From NCBI RefSeq assembly GCF_006345805.1, contig NC_042997.1, positions 130,634,001-130,698,000 on the forward strand: DNA of 64,000 nt, written 5' to 3'. The notes under the pieces are model-generated. The model was not told the DNA's origin and did no database searches. It worked only from the letters and a program-made list of their open reading frames with translations. This DNA comes from Octopus sinensis. Lineage: Eukaryota. Made by a program: the position numbers and the translations under genes. Of this stretch, positions 11,360 to 24,625 are shown in pieces; within the stretch, counting starts at the first letter, position 1, and each line of letters opens with the position of its first letter.

Positions 11360-11636
11360 TCTATATTTAAGAGATGAGGAATTATGTACATTATTTACAT
11401 TCAATGGATATTTGTCCTCATGTTGTTTGTTAACACAACATTTCAGCTGATATACCCTCCAGCCTTCATCAGGCATCTTGAGGAAATTTCGAACCTGGGT
11501 TCTCATTCCTAAGGTATTTTTCGATGTTGTTGTTATTATTATTATTATTATTCAAGTCACTGCCTGGAATCGAAACGTGTTAACAACAAACAAGATGAGA
11601 ACAAATATCCGTCAAATGTAAATAATGTAAATAATG
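11360..11636 (-). mobile_element. PLE pLTR relic with internal inversion junction and degenerate hammerhead
   Basis: 11385-11445 is the reverse complement of 11572-11636 (gtgttaacaacaaacaagatgag..aaatatcc..aatgtaaataatg). The minus strand has CTGATGA-aggctg..cagct-GAAA at 11472-11441. Confidence 0.55.
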
Positions 11637-11778
11637 AAAGGACCATACATATATGGTTGTGATGCATGTGCCTAGTGTACCCTTATCAGATGGGTAGTCA
11701 CGATGGGTATACTGGGTTTCATATATTTGTACCCCAGTGTCACTTTCATGGCATGCATTGCTTTCTCACTCAATAATA

Positions 11779-11822
<44 letters not shown>

Positions 11823-12252
11823 AATAATAATAATAATTCTTTGTACTATAGGCACAAGACCTAAAATTTTGAGGGGAGGGGGCTAGTTAATTACATTGAA
11901 CCCACAGTGCTTGACTGGTACTTAATTTATCAACCCTAAGAAAATGAAAGGCAAAGTCGACCTTAGTAGAACTATCATTATTATTATTGTTGTTAATAAT
12001 AATAATAATAATAATCAACAAGAAGAGCACAATATTATTTTGTAATAGAGATTGACTCTATTTATTGAATTGAACAATATTTCAACAGTATGTCTGTCTC
12101 CCTCAGATGCAAAATGAAAAAAATACAGAAATACAGAAATTCAAAATACAAACAGGAATAATATACATTCCCTTTTAAACAACATCATTAGTTTTTGCCC
12201 TTTTATAACTGGTAACAAGGAAAAAGATAAAACAAAGCAGAGTAGAGAACAT

Positions 12253-12900
12253 TTAGTCAAAAAGTTTTCTGTAAATGTGATGGAATTCACCTGTTATTTT
12301 GTTCATTCTTCCAGGATGTGATGTCAGTAATTCACAAATAAATTTATCCTCGTGTGTTTTGAGGTCTAAAAGTGCAGTAGAATCAGAGTATTTCCCGAGA
12401 ATGTGTACTTCCAGCTGTTCCTGAAAATTACAGTTGTTTTGTGTAAAATGTTTGGCAAGTTCTGTTAAACTATAGTTATTGTGCCTGATATCATCTCTAT
12501 GCCTATTTAGACTTTCATTTTAATTATTCTGTAGCGTTTGGTGCACGTTACTGTGTACATGAGATGAAATTTCTCACAGGTACCACCTTCTCTCTAAATC
12601 ATAACATTTCTATTACAATTTGAGATGGAATTGACTTGACTTATGTTGTTGTATACTAAACAGGCCTTACCACTCTTGCAGCTGTTTTTTGGGGTACAGC
12701 ATTCAGAAACTCCAATAGCAGTTTTGTTGAGATTAGTGGTAGTGGTTAATTGTTCTCTTACATTTTTATTGCATCTAAAGGCTACATAAAGTGGATGAAG
12801 GAATATTTGTTTGGAATGAGGATATTCTTCTGAGATACACTGATATCTTTCAGGCAACACTTTTGAAATGTAAATAAATTTTTGGTGCCGATTAATCTCA
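12253..12900 (-). mobile_element. Degenerate Penelope-like element C-terminus (GIY-YIG endonuclease)
   Basis: Minus-strand translation across breaks: YVAFRCNKNVREQL...EGGTCEKFHLMYTVTCTK...SLNRHRDDIRHNNYSLTELAKHF...LEVHILGK...HEDKFICELLTSHPGRMNK...YRKLFD*. Confidence 0.75.
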
Positions 12901-13009
12901 AAAGGAATTCAATCACAAATGTCATTTTGGCTTCTAGAATAATACATGCAAGCCTGACTTTCCTTGCTAATTTTAGTTATGTCATTTGTTGTTGCTGACA
13001 ATCATCATC

Positions 13010-13440
13010 ATCATTATCATCATCATCATCATCATCATCTAACGTCCACTTTCCATGCTAGCATGGATTGGACGATTTGACTGAGGTCTGGCGAACCAGA
13101 TGGCTGCACCAGACTTCAATCTGATCTGGCAGAGTTTCTACAGCTGGATGCCCTTCCTAATGCCAACCACTCCGAGAGTGTAGTGGGTGCTTTTACATTC
13201 CACCAGCACGAGGGCCAGTCAGGCAGTACTAGCATGGCCACACTCAAATGGTGCTTTTTATGTGCCACCTGCACAGGAGCCAGTACAGCGGCACTGGCAA
13301 TGACCTCGCTTCAATGTTTTTTCATGTGCCACCAGCATAAGTGCCAGTAAGGCAACACAGGTAGCGATCATGCTCGAATGGTGTTTTTTTACATGCCACC
13401 GGCACGGAGGCCAGCTTGTTGCTCTGGCAACGACCATGCT
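13010..13440 (+). mobile_element. RTE-tail-type short repeat (family 3) with internal ~60-70-bp tandem units
   Basis: (CAT)n then aacgtccactttccatgctagcatgg...gatgcccttcctaatgccaaccac, and repeated gtgcttttt.tgtgccacc.gcac units; many paralogs in the window. Confidence 0.75.
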
Positions 13441-13933
13441 CATATGGTATTTTTCTCCCTCTTTGAAACCTTGCTGTTGTTATTGTAGTTGTTGTTGTTG
13501 CCGTTATTCATGGCAACGCTGGTTGTAGTGGTGTTGTTGGTCATCTTTTCACTTTCCTTGCTTGCAGACACTACATTTTTGGAAGCAACAGTAACAGGCG
13601 AAATGCTATCACCCTCTCTTTTCATCATCACATAACTCTTCTCCATCTCTCCCTCTCTCTCACTGATGACTGGACCTCTGTCAACGGTTATTATTGTTGC
13701 TGTTAAAGAAAATGAAAAACTTTTCCCAAAGTGAAAATAAATTGCTGATAGACCCCCAAGAAATAGGTGAATCTTAGACAAAAAAAGGAACCTATCAGCA
13801 GAAGAAAGTTCCCTTATTCTCTTCACTCATACAAAATTAAAAGAAAGTGTGGCTATTTCCCAGCGAAAATTGAAGATTTTCACCAAATATTTTGGAGCCA
13901 ACATCAAACATGGCTTACCTGGCTGACAGCCAA

Positions 13934-13974
<41 letters not shown>

Positions 13975-14709
13975 TGATGATGATGATAATAATAAAAGAG
14001 CAGATAGCATGGTACTGTATGTTGCAGGCAGCAAGCCTGCTACACATGCAAGACTCTGGGAGTTACAAGAAAACCTAAGAAAAAAGAATAAATAATAATA
14101 ATCCTTTCTACTGAAGGCACAAGGCCTTAAAATTATGGCAGAGGTGACTAGTCAATTACATCGACCCCAGTTGACCTTGGCAGAATTTGAACTCAGAATG
14201 TAGCAACAGACGAAATACCACTGAGCATTTTGCTCAGCATGCTAACGATTCAGCCAGCATGCTGCCTTAATGATGATGACGATGATGATGATGGTGATGG
14301 TGATGGTGGTGGTGGTGGTGATTATTATTATTATTATTATTATTATCATCATCATCATTATAATGTTGATGATATCTTTCATTTGCCACAGATTAAGTGG
14401 AGCAGCAGATTAAGGGGATAATACAAAGACAGACATAAGGTATGGAGGATTACGGAGGATCAAATGAATAAAAAAGAAGTATTTTTTAAAATTCATTTTT
14501 ACATCACATTTTTACCATCTTCTCTCTCTCCACTCTGTCCTCACCTGAGATAGCTATGTTTCCTCTCTAATGCAAAACTCCTTTTTCTGTCCCTCAATAC
14601 TACTCCCACCTCAGCCGAGGGCTCTTGTCTTGCAAGGTTTGGTGCATTCTTTTGACTTCTCAGTTCTTGTCAAACAAACCAACCCATGCCAGTATGGAAA
14701 ACAGATGTG

Positions 14710-14849
14710 AAAGGAGGAGGAGGAGGAGGATGGTGATGATGATGAAGAAGAAGAAGAAGAAGAAGGAGGAGAAGAAGAAGAAGAAGAAGAAGAAGAAGAA
14801 GAAGAAGAAGAAGAAGAAGAAGAAGAAGAAGAAGAAGAAGAAGAAGAAG

Positions 14850-14880
<31 letters not shown>
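14710..14880. repeat. (GGA)/(GAT)/(GAA)n microsatellite
   Basis: More than 40 near-perfect GAA units at ~14745-14880. Confidence 0.95.
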
Positions 14881-14883
<3 letters not shown>

Positions 14884-15439
14884 CATAATGATGATGAAGT
14901 AAATGATGATAATAATGCAATCCTACTGATCGTATTATCACCATCATTTTTTTTTAATGACCCTACCCTCCATCCAAGATGACCTAGGATGCCAAGATTA
15001 AGCGCCCCTGTTCAATTGTCAGTCTTTGACCTACAGGTTTATTTTTAGAACAATCCCATTCAGTCTTGCCATTTTCTCTATTTTCATCCACCTTTCATTA
15101 AATTTACTATCCTCACATTCTTTTCCAAATAAATCTTGAAAAAAAATCAATGGAGGATCAATTGAAGAGGAAAATGCTTGTTGTCCCATTTTTCAATCCC
15201 ATTCAGCAATCCCACTGCTATAGCTACTAAGACAAAGGAAAAGTATCTTCTCTGCTCTATCAAAGGTGAGCAATGGGGCAACATTCGTGATGCACTTGGC
15301 TGATTGATGGATCCATTCCAAGGTTGCTGCTGTTCAACATAACTCTACAAGTGAGCAATACAGATATACTGAACATGTGCATACAAAATAGTTTTGTTGC
15401 TATGTATGCATATCAGACAGACCTGTCAGATGGTATTCT

Positions 15440-15674
15440 GCAAGCTGGCAGAAATGTTAGCATGCCGGGCGAAATGCTTAGCGGTATTTCGTCCGCCGTT
15501 ACATTCTGAGTTCAAATTCCGCCGAGGTCGACTTTGCCTTTCATCCTTTCGAGGTCAATAAATTAAGTACCAGTTACACACTGGGGTCGATATAATTGAC
15601 TTAATCCCTTTGTCTGTCCTTGTTTGTCCCCTCTATGTTTAGCCCCTTGTGTGTAATAAAGAAACAGGTATTTC
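15440..15674 (+). mobile_element. tRNA-derived SINE (family 1)
   Basis: Near-consensus copy: gagttcaaattccgccgaggtcgactttgcctttcatcctttc... Confidence 0.85.
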
Positions 15675-15950
15675 CATGTCTGTAGAGTTTATCACAAACC
15701 AGTAAAGCCCCTCAACATCAAGGACTTCTGCCAGCTGTCCATAGAAAATCCTAGTGCAAAAGTCCTCTTAAAACAGACCAGCCAGTGTCTGGGATCTTGG
15801 ACAAAATCTTAAACTTTGTATTTAGCAGAGCTATGCAACAGCATACTCCTTTTCAGTGCCATTTCTCTGCAGCATTATGATTCCATAGCTCACAACATTT
15901 GAAATTCTGCTGTTCTGCCGACATTTGCAGTAGCTATCCACCAAGAGGTT
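15675..15950 (-). mobile_element. RTE LINE ORF2 C-terminal relic
   Basis: Minus-strand fragments with stops, including RIFYGQLAE (RTE-type L-FYG-L motif). Confidence 0.45.
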
Positions 15951-15964
15951 GCCAGACAAATCTG

Positions 15965-16320
15965 GCAGGAGTGGCTGTGTGGTAAATAGCTTGCTTATTA
16001 ACCACATGGTTCCAGGTTCAGTCCCAGTGCATGACACCTTGGGCAAGTGTCTTCTACAATAGCCTCAGGCCGACCAAAGCCTTGTGAGTGGATTTGGTAG
16101 ACGGAAACTGAGAGAAGCCTGTTGTATATATATATATATGTATGTATACGTTTGTGTGTCCGTTTGTCCCCCCAACATCGCTTGACAACTGATGCTGGTG
16201 TGTTTACATCCCCGTCACTTAGCAGTTCGGCTTACAAAGAATAAGTTCTGGGGTCAATTTGCTTGACTAAAGGTGGTGCTCCAGCATGGCCACAGCCAAA
16301 TGACTGAAACAAATACAAAA
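15965..16320 (+). mobile_element. tRNA-derived SINE (family 2)
   Basis: ggcaggagtggctgtgtggtaaatagcttgc...ggttcagtccca...gactgaaacaa. Confidence 0.85.
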
Positions 16321-17043
16321 ATAAAAGATCACCCAAACCAGGAAATTTGTGCCTTGTGCAACTACATGGTGCTTCCTGATTTTCAGTTATTGGCTTTTCG
16401 CTGTACTTTACATCTTTCTAGAAGAGCCATGTCACTAAAGTCTGCTACGAAACTGCGACCTACTCTGAACAGTCAAAAAGTGTACTGATGGAAAACTGCA
16501 CACATCTGCTAAGAACCAAGTAGCACATCATACCCCCACCACTCAAGCCCACCAACCAGTTTTAGTCCTCACATGGTTTAGCATATGGACCCTAGCTCTG
16601 AAATGCAGTCCATGTGTTTAGCATTGAAGAAGTGATCAAGGGTCGTTCTCACAGCTAGCACATCAGTTGCAATACTTTTATTAATCACCTCTTTTCGCTT
16701 GATAATTAACCTTCACTTCAATCTAGTTTTCTCTGTTACTAGCTCTTTACTAAACACTCTCTATTCTCGTGTAATCACTCTCTTAGGGGGGCCTCACTAC
16801 CAGACATTGATGATTACCTCTGTCAGCAGCTGCTTAATTTTCTAAACTAGTCTCTGTAGTATTCTTGCATGCCAGTAAAGATGTAGTTACTGTGTTCTGG
16901 TCCATGGGTTCTATTTAAGCCATAAATTTTTTATCTGTAAAGCCAACAAGTTTGAACTGTGGATACATTTCGATATCAGTATCTACTAACCTGTACTCCA
17001 TCTAGATATGATCTGGATGATCCTCTTTGGCTGCACCATGTTA

Positions 17044-17119
<76 letters not shown>

Positions 17120-17463
17120 TGTTACACCCTCTGTGTTTTTCTAGGTCAAGATTTTGAGGGCCAAGAGGGTGTATATGCCTGTTTGCAAGCAAAAGTGTGG
17201 TACAAGCTGTTAAGTCATACTAGCTTGAAGAATGTTCTTAAGAACATTGATCACAAAGTCAGTATCTCTGATGTGAGGATTTTAGGTTGTGTCTACAAAT
17301 GTGTGTATAAATATGTATAAGTACAGACATACATGTATATATTTGTGTGATTGTGTCTGAAAGAAAAGGAGAAAGTGCATATATGTGCGCATGTGTAAAC
17401 ATGCAATCAAAAGAGATGTGAATAAGGAATACAAAAGAGATGTGAATAAGGAATGCAACTTAC

Positions 17464-17588
17464 ATATCCCAAGCTTTATAAATTGATGGTAAGACATCAA
17501 GTGCTAAATTATGAAACAGTCCATGTGAAATACCTTCTCTCTTAAATTTCATTATTGCTTCTGACAGTAAAGTTGGTGAGACATTTAA
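17464..17588 (-). CDS. RGS-domain protein, coding exon (125 nt, phase 0 to 2)
   Basis: Acceptor ttcttctttatctattgttacaacag, donor gtaagt. Single open frame LNVSPTLLSEAIMKFKREGISHGLFHNLALDVLPSIYKAWD resembles RGS helices 6-8. Confidence 0.85.
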
Positions 17589-18154
17589 CTGTTGTAACAA
17601 TAGATAAAGAAGAATTAGATTCGTCAGAGATCTTACTATACAATTCAACAACAATATCAACTTCAATTACAGACACCAATTAATAAGTCACAACTACAAT
17701 TACCACTTGTACGATAATGATTACAGGTTTGTAATTCCTGGCTTTGAAGATGGCCAGATTGGAAGCTTTACTGTTTGTGGGTCCTGAAGTAGCTTATTAG
17801 GCCAATAACTTCCAAATCTTTAAAGCTGCACTGACTTGTACAAAATTTTTAAAGTGAGGTAGAACTGCACAGCAACTACCCCAGCCTCTTTTCCTGTTTT
17901 TCTGGCATCCAGTGGCAAGACAGGATCAAGACAAGTGGCAAGACAAGATCAATGCAATCACTATCACCACTACCTCAAATATAGTTATCATAACTAAAAT
18001 TACTATTTTTAAAATTATCATCACCACTACATAACTGAATACTGAGTGCTCCCTCTCTATCCATGTTTAACTAATACTTGTTAAATAACAGTGGTTTATG
18101 GAGAACAATTGTGTTTCCAATACAGATCATTAAAATAAGTAATGAGATTATATA

Positions 18155-18388
18155 TATTTCTTTACTACCCACAAGGGGCTACACACAGAAGGGACAAAGA
18201 AGGACATACAAACGGATTAAGTCGATTACATCGACCCCAGTGCATAACTGGTACTTAATTTATCCACCCCGAAAGGATGAAGGGCAAAGTCGACCTCAGC
18301 GGAATTTGAACTCAGAACGTAAAGACAGACGAAATACCACTAAGCATTTCGTCCGGCGTGCTAACGTTTCTGCCAGCTTGTCGCCTTA
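18155..18388 (-). mobile_element. tRNA-derived SINE (family 1)
   Basis: Reverse complement of the family 1 consensus. Confidence 0.85.
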
Positions 18389-18664
18389 AGTAATGAGATT
18401 ATATAACTGATGGAAAGCCTTCAAGATGGGACCACAGCATGGCCACAATCCAATAACTGAAACAAACACAAGAATATTAATGTGGTAGGCACCTACCGTT
18501 ACATCTCTAAATCTATCTACTAGAACAAAAAGTATGTTGTCTTCTCTCTCTTTACACGAAAGTGGTTTTAAGACATATCAATGATTTCTAGCATGGTACA
18601 TTTACAGGATGGCCCCTACACATGTATAACAACAAATACCAACAAGAAATTAAAAGATAGGTAC

Positions 18665-18791
18665 GGGTGAATATGTAAAATTTTCTGTACTGAGGAACGT
18701 CTTAATTATGCTTTGTGCTTTATTCTTCATTCGCCGCTTTTCTACTGGTAAATAGCAATGCTTTTTGTAATTTTGAAATGCTTTCTTATAA
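18665..18791 (-). CDS. RGS-domain protein, coding exon (127 nt, phase 2 to 0)
   Basis: Acceptor tttctttcattgcttcacag, weaker donor gtacct. YKKAFQNYKKHCYLPVEKRRMKNKAQSIIKTFLSTENFTYSP fits RGS helices 4-5 (A..I...FL....SP.LN). Confidence 0.75.
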
Positions 18792-19544
18792 CTGTGAAGC
18801 AATGAAAGAAATACTGTGAGAATAATTTCTGAAACAGACACGCAAGGCTAATTAAATCAAAATTAACACTGCCCCCATCACTTTCCCCAAGATGCAATAC
18901 AATGCTTGGTGCATGCTACTCATCATCAATCTCATCGCTGTCATCATCGTCATCGACAGAATTGTCTTGAGCATTGCCATCATCATCATTTAACATCTGT
19001 CTTCCATGTTGGCATGGGTAAGACAGTTTGACAGAATCCAACGAATTGGAGAACTGTGTCTAAATCCAATGTCTATTTGGTTTGATTTCTACAGCTGAAT
19101 ACCCTTCTTAACACTGACCACTTTACAGAGTGTATCAGGCGAGTTTTTCATGACACCAGCACTAGTGAGGTTGCCATGTATCTTGCAAGACAAAACATGA
19201 CTCCTCAATCAAGTGAGATTGTAGTAGAAAGGGAGGTGGCTTTATGTCAAGTATTGAGGGGCTAAAGTATAAAAAAGGGACAGACACAGGGGTCTTACTA
19301 TAGAGGAGATATATGGCTAGGCCATGTCATATAACTGTGGCTAGCTGAAAAGAAGACAATGACAGGAGCATTGAGGTGTCAAAATGTGCTCCCAAGACAC
19401 AAGAAAGCGAGGAGTATAAGAGAGAATATAAAGTGAGGATCAGGAGCATGTGAGAGGAGAGTAATGGATAGTTAAAGATGGGGGTATAGTTGCAAGAATA
19501 AGAACCAGCTAGTGAAAGTATTTTGTTACCACTGTAGATAATAA

Positions 19545-19985
19545 AAGACCTCTCTCAGTGTGAAAGCCAATGTGTATGGATAGCAATGTTACACAGTGAA
19601 ATGTGGGCCATGAATGCAAAAGATATGTGAAGACTAGAAAGAAATGAAGCTACATTGGATGTGCAATGTCAGACTGCATGTATGAAAAAGTGAAAATGTG
19701 TTGAGAGAAAAATTTCATATAAGCGGCATCAAATGTGGTGTGCAAGAGAGAAGACTGTGCTGGTGTGGTCATGTGATGTGTATGAATGAGGGCAGCTGCA
19801 AAAAGAAATGCTAGCCACTAAATGTGGAAGGAACTTGTGGAAAAGGAAGACCTAGGAAGATGTGAGCTGAACTAGTGATGACCGACCTCATGATGTTGAG
19901 CCTCACAGAGGACATAAAAAGGGATAAAGATGATTGACGATTTGCTTGAGAAGATTTAGCCATCTCAGCAAAAAATGAAACCCTA
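19545..19985 (+). mobile_element. RTE LINE ORF2 3-prime relic
   Basis: Degenerate translation includes ERRLCWCGHVMCMNE and GTCGKGRPRKM, matching the RTE L-W-GHV-RM...GRP motifs. Confidence 0.65.
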
Positions 19986-20341
19986 AAAGCACATTGTTTG
20001 TTTATGTTTATGCCCTCTCTACCCAATCTGTTCTTATCAGGCCTTCACCAAACTCATCTTTCTAACATTTATCTCAGAACCACTCTTCAAGGCTATTCAC
20101 TTACCTGCTGTAATTGCATGAGAGCAGGACTGCACATATCCCACTCAATTCCCCTTTTTATGCTACCAATTATCTTCTCCTGGGAGTCACTTCTCTTGCC
20201 ACCAGTCTTGCACTCTCAACATCATTCCTTGCCACTTTGTTCTCCACTGAACACCTGTTCTCTCTAACACCTTTTCATATCTACCATCAACCCCCCCCCC
20301 ACTACTACGGTTGCTTATCAATCACTATTTTTCCCTCTACA

Positions 20342-21378
20342 TACCTATTTCTTTACTACCCACAAGGGGCTAAACACAGAGAGGGCAAACAAGGACAGAC
20401 AAACGGATTAAGTCGATTATATTGACCCAGAGCATAACCGGTACTTATTTAATCAACCCCAAAAGGATGAAAGGCAAATTCGACCTTGGCGGAATTTGAA
20501 CTCAGAATGTAGCAGCAGACAAAATGCCGCAAAGCATTTTGCCTGGCGTGCTAACGTTTCTGCCAGCTCCCCTCTACATACCTTTGACTTCTGTCTCTGT
20601 CCCTGTGCATCCTCCTCTCACTTCACATCACCTCACTATTTCTCACATATCTACTATTGTATTACATTGTTGCTCTTCACACCTACGTTTTTTACTGCCA
20701 CCTATCAACTCCTACTCTTGGACCCTCCTCGTCCCAAACTGATATTCCCTATTCATCATGTCTCCACCTCTGTTCACAATTCACTGCACTCACTTCTTAC
20801 CCCTCTCTAACCATCTGTCACCCTCCATTCAAAATCTCATGAATTTAATTACCCATCCACCCATCCTGATCCTTTGTCCCTGAGGTTATGCTCCGAATCA
20901 TCTTTTCTCACTTTCCAGCTAGGGCACCCTTGTTTTCCCTCTACAGCAAGACACCTGTTCCTTATTTCTTTGTTGCCCACAAGAGGCTAAACATAGAGGG
21001 GACAAACAAGGACAGACAAAGGGATTAAGTCGATTACATCGACCCCAGTGTGTAACTGGTACATAATTTATCAAACCTGAAAGGATGAAAGGCAAAGTCG
21101 GCCTCAGCAGAATTTGAACTCAGAACGTAACGGCAGACGAAATACCTATTTCTTTACTACCCACAAGGGGCTAAACACAGAGGGTACAAACAAGGACAGA
21201 CAAACAGATTAAGTCGATTACATCGACCCCAGTGCGTAACTGGTACTTAATTCATCGACCCCGAAAGGATGAAAGGCAAAGTCGACCTTGGCGGAATTTG
21301 AACTCAGAACATAACGGCAGACAAAATAAGGCTACGCATTTTGCCCGGCATGCTAACATTTCTGTCAGCTGGCTGCCG
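20342..21378 (-). mobile_element. Family 1 SINE copies (monomer 20342-20570; two-unit array 20960-21378)
   Basis: Reverse complement of consensus; units in the array joined at gacgaaatacctatttcttt. Confidence 0.8.
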
Positions 21379-22100
21379 TATCCAGCAAAGCACCTGTTCC
21401 TGTCCTTCTAGCCTCTCAACACCTGGCATAAAGCCACTTTCCCCTATGCTACACTGCCATTCAGCCAAAGTATCTTGTGCTGCAAGTTGGTGAAATTACT
21501 AGTGCTGGTGCCACATAGAAAGTACTCAGTCCACTCTAAAATGGTTGGCATTAAGAAGGACACCTAGCTATAGAAACCATGCCAAAGCAGACACTGGAAC
21601 TTGATACAAATCTCTGGCTTGTCAGATCCTGTGGGGTCATCCAGCTCATGTTATCATGGAAGACAGATGGTAAACATTAATGACATGTAAGCACATGGTA
21701 TTTTGTTATGCTAGCATAATATGCTACAAAGTATATTAAACGTTTTTATTAGTCAATACAATGTTCTACTGTGTTAGCAGTACACTTAAATCATGTGTTA
21801 AGATCATCTCTATTGATTTTTTATAGAAACTATGACCAGCACTGATTTTGTTATGACATTTCATATCCAATACATCAGATGTAAACAAACAATGAGATTT
21901 TCATCTTTAATCTCATAGTTTGTTTACATTTGGTGTTGTAGATATGAAATGTAACAAAATTAGTGCAGGTAATAATTTTTATAGAAAATGATGATGAATA
22001 AGATATTACATATATATATGTATACATCAATTTATGCATTTATCTTTATGTACCTGTCTCTCTTCCTCTCTCTCTCTCTCTCTCTATCTATCTATTTACC

Positions 22101-22146
<46 letters not shown>

Positions 22147-22574
22147 TACACACACACACACAAATACACACACATATATAGAGAGAGACACACACAGACA
22201 GACAGATAGATAGCCAGCTAGCTAGATAGACAGACAGATAGATAGATATAATACTAACTAGATATTACATACAATATATATACATATATAAATATATCAT
22301 CATCGTCGTCATTGTTTAATGTCTGCCTTCCATGCTATATATATAAAGAAATATATATTAAGTTGGTGCATAATTATTGTAGCTTTTTTTCAACTAATTT
22401 TCTTCAACAAAAAGAATAACAACATTTAACAAAAACATCTTTAAATGATTATTCTGGAGCATATTCACTATCTACTTCAATTACTGCTTGGCGTTTTGTT
22501 CTACTCAAGCATAGCATATTTCCAAAGGTCTCAGTCAGTTGTCATTGCCTCCATTCATATATCAACGTCATCAT

Positions 22575-22826
22575 CATAATCATTGTCATTTAACGTCGAC
22601 TTTCCATGCTGACATGGGTTGGATGGTTTGACTGCATACTGACAAGCCAGGAGGCTGCACCAGGCTCCAATCTGATTTGGCAAGGTTTCTACAGCTGGAT
22701 GCCCTTCCTAACACCAACAATTCCAAGAGTGCAATGGGTGCTTTTTATGTGTCACCGACATGGGAGCCAGTCAGGCGGCATTGGCATTGGCCCTGCTCGA
22801 ATGGTGCTTTCTTCATACAAATAAGC

Positions 22827-22871
<45 letters not shown>

Positions 22872-22903
22872 CACACATATATATATACATATACATATAC
22901 ATA

Positions 22904-22934
<31 letters not shown>

Positions 22935-22935
22935 C

Positions 22936-22989
<54 letters not shown>

Positions 22990-23016
22990 GTATATATATA
23001 TGTATATATATATATA

Positions 23017-23048
<32 letters not shown>

Positions 23049-23240
23049 CATATATATACATATATATATATATACATATATATACACTCGAGGAGTGGTT
23101 GGCGTTAGGAAGGGCATCCAGCTGTAGAAACACTGCCAAATCTGACTGGGCTTGATGAAGCCTTCCGGCTTCACAGACACCAGTTAAACCGTCCAACCCA
23201 TGCTAGCATGGAAAACGGACGCTAAATGATGATGATGATG
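22575..23240. repeat. Two family 3 repeats in inverted orientation flanking ~280 bp (GT)/(TA/CA)n
   Basis: 22575-22812 (+) and 23088-23240 (-) are complementary (cagctggatgcccttcctaac / gttaggaagggcatccagctg). Confidence 0.8.
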
Positions 23241-23246
23241 GTGATG

Positions 23247-23296
<50 letters not shown>

Positions 23297-24091
23297 ATGT
23301 GTGAGTTCATGGCTGTTTCCTGCACCATTTTCACATAGCCCCAGCACATCCAAAGTACCTTGGATCATAGGGTGACCTGCTGTGCTTGAGGAGGCCTATT
23401 GAGTCAAGTACATCAACATCAAATTAAATATCAAATGGAAATTGTAGTTGTGATACCTGTGCCGGTGGCACATAAAAAGCATCATCTGAATGTGGCCGAT
23501 GCCAGTGCCACCTTGGCTGGCTTCTGTGCCGGTGGCACGTAAAAAGCACTAGCCGATCGTGGCCGCTGCCGGCCTTCCCTGGTACCTGTGCCAGTGGCAC
23601 ATAAAAAGCACCCACTACACTCACGGAGTGGTTGGCGTTAGGAGAGGCATCTAGCTGTAGAAACACTGCCAGATCAGACTGGAGCCTGGTGCAGCCTCCT
23701 GGCTTCCCAAACCCCGGTCGAACCGTCCAACCCGTGCTAGCATGGAAAATGCACGTTAAACGATGATGATGATGATATATATATATATACACACCCACAT
23801 ACATATAAGAGTAACAAATCTAATTCATAATAACATGAAGAACCATCTATATATGTTACATTAAATATCAACAGAATTATTCAAAGTTATACTTGTCTTG
23901 AAAAGAGACTTAATGCAGTAGAATTGTGTCAATGACCAGTTAGTAATGTACAACAATATTTGTAGACACACAGTATATAATATCATTCCTAATTAAAACG
24001 AAAGTGAACAGAACATTAATTATATGTGCTTGTTTTACAATATAATTGTAAGATAACTATCATTAGCAAGCATTGATAATTAAAACTCAAC

Positions 24092-24203
24092 CTTAATGCC
24101 TCAATAAAGAAATCCACTCTCATTTTCAATATTCGATACTCTGACAGTTTTAAATACTTCAATCTGGGTTTCAGATGACTTATTCTTCTTCTGTTCAGCT
24201 TTT
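24092..24203 (-). CDS. RGS-domain protein, coding exon (112 nt, phase 1 to 2)
   Basis: Acceptor ttaatttgtttgtttattccag, donor AAG/gttgag. KLNRRRISHLKPRLKYLKLSEYRILKMRVDFFIEAL(S) joins YKKAF to give the RGS-like F..FL...L.F...E.YK region. Confidence 0.75.
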
Positions 24204-24344
24204 CTGGAATAAACAAACAAATTAATCATAACTTCATCTCTTTGTATTATGGCAGTGTCAACTAAACTTAGCTTCCTATGGCTGAAAATGAGTTTTTCTC
24301 ATATGATGTAATTTGTGGAAAATAAATCTAATTGTTTTTTTTTA

Positions 24345-24625
24345 CGGAGATGTACTTGCATAGCAAGTGATTTGATCTGAGATCGTATGCTGAAACAAAA
24401 ACAATTGCAGCGTGGAAGGTGTTTGTAAGCCATTTAAGAAACACACAAAAGCTGTTCGATTCACTTCAACATTTAAGTTTAATTTGTCAAAATTTTCGTT
24501 CGATTCACTTCAACATTTAAGTTTAATTTGTCAAAATTTTGACAAATTAAACTTAAATGTTGAAGTGAATCGAACGGCTTTTGTGTGTTTCTTAAATGGC
24601 TTGCAAACACCTTCCACGCTGCAAA
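24345..24625. repeat. Interspersed repeat with fold-back palindrome and internal ~43-bp tandem duplication
   Basis: Arms ~24408-24537 and 24538-24625 centred on gtcaaaattttgac; a single-arm paralog lies at 34415-34565. Confidence 0.8.

Noticed and set aside
12289-12420. AG/GT-flanked open segment EQLEVHILGK...NKIT that looked like a host exon
   Set aside because: The reading frame continues on both sides as a PLE GIY-YIG C-terminus, so it is a retroelement relic.
17145-17257. Plus-strand exon candidate GQDFEGQEGVYACLQAKVW...
   Set aside because: No partner plus-strand exons or recognisable domain; the acceptor tract is partly a (CT)n repeat.
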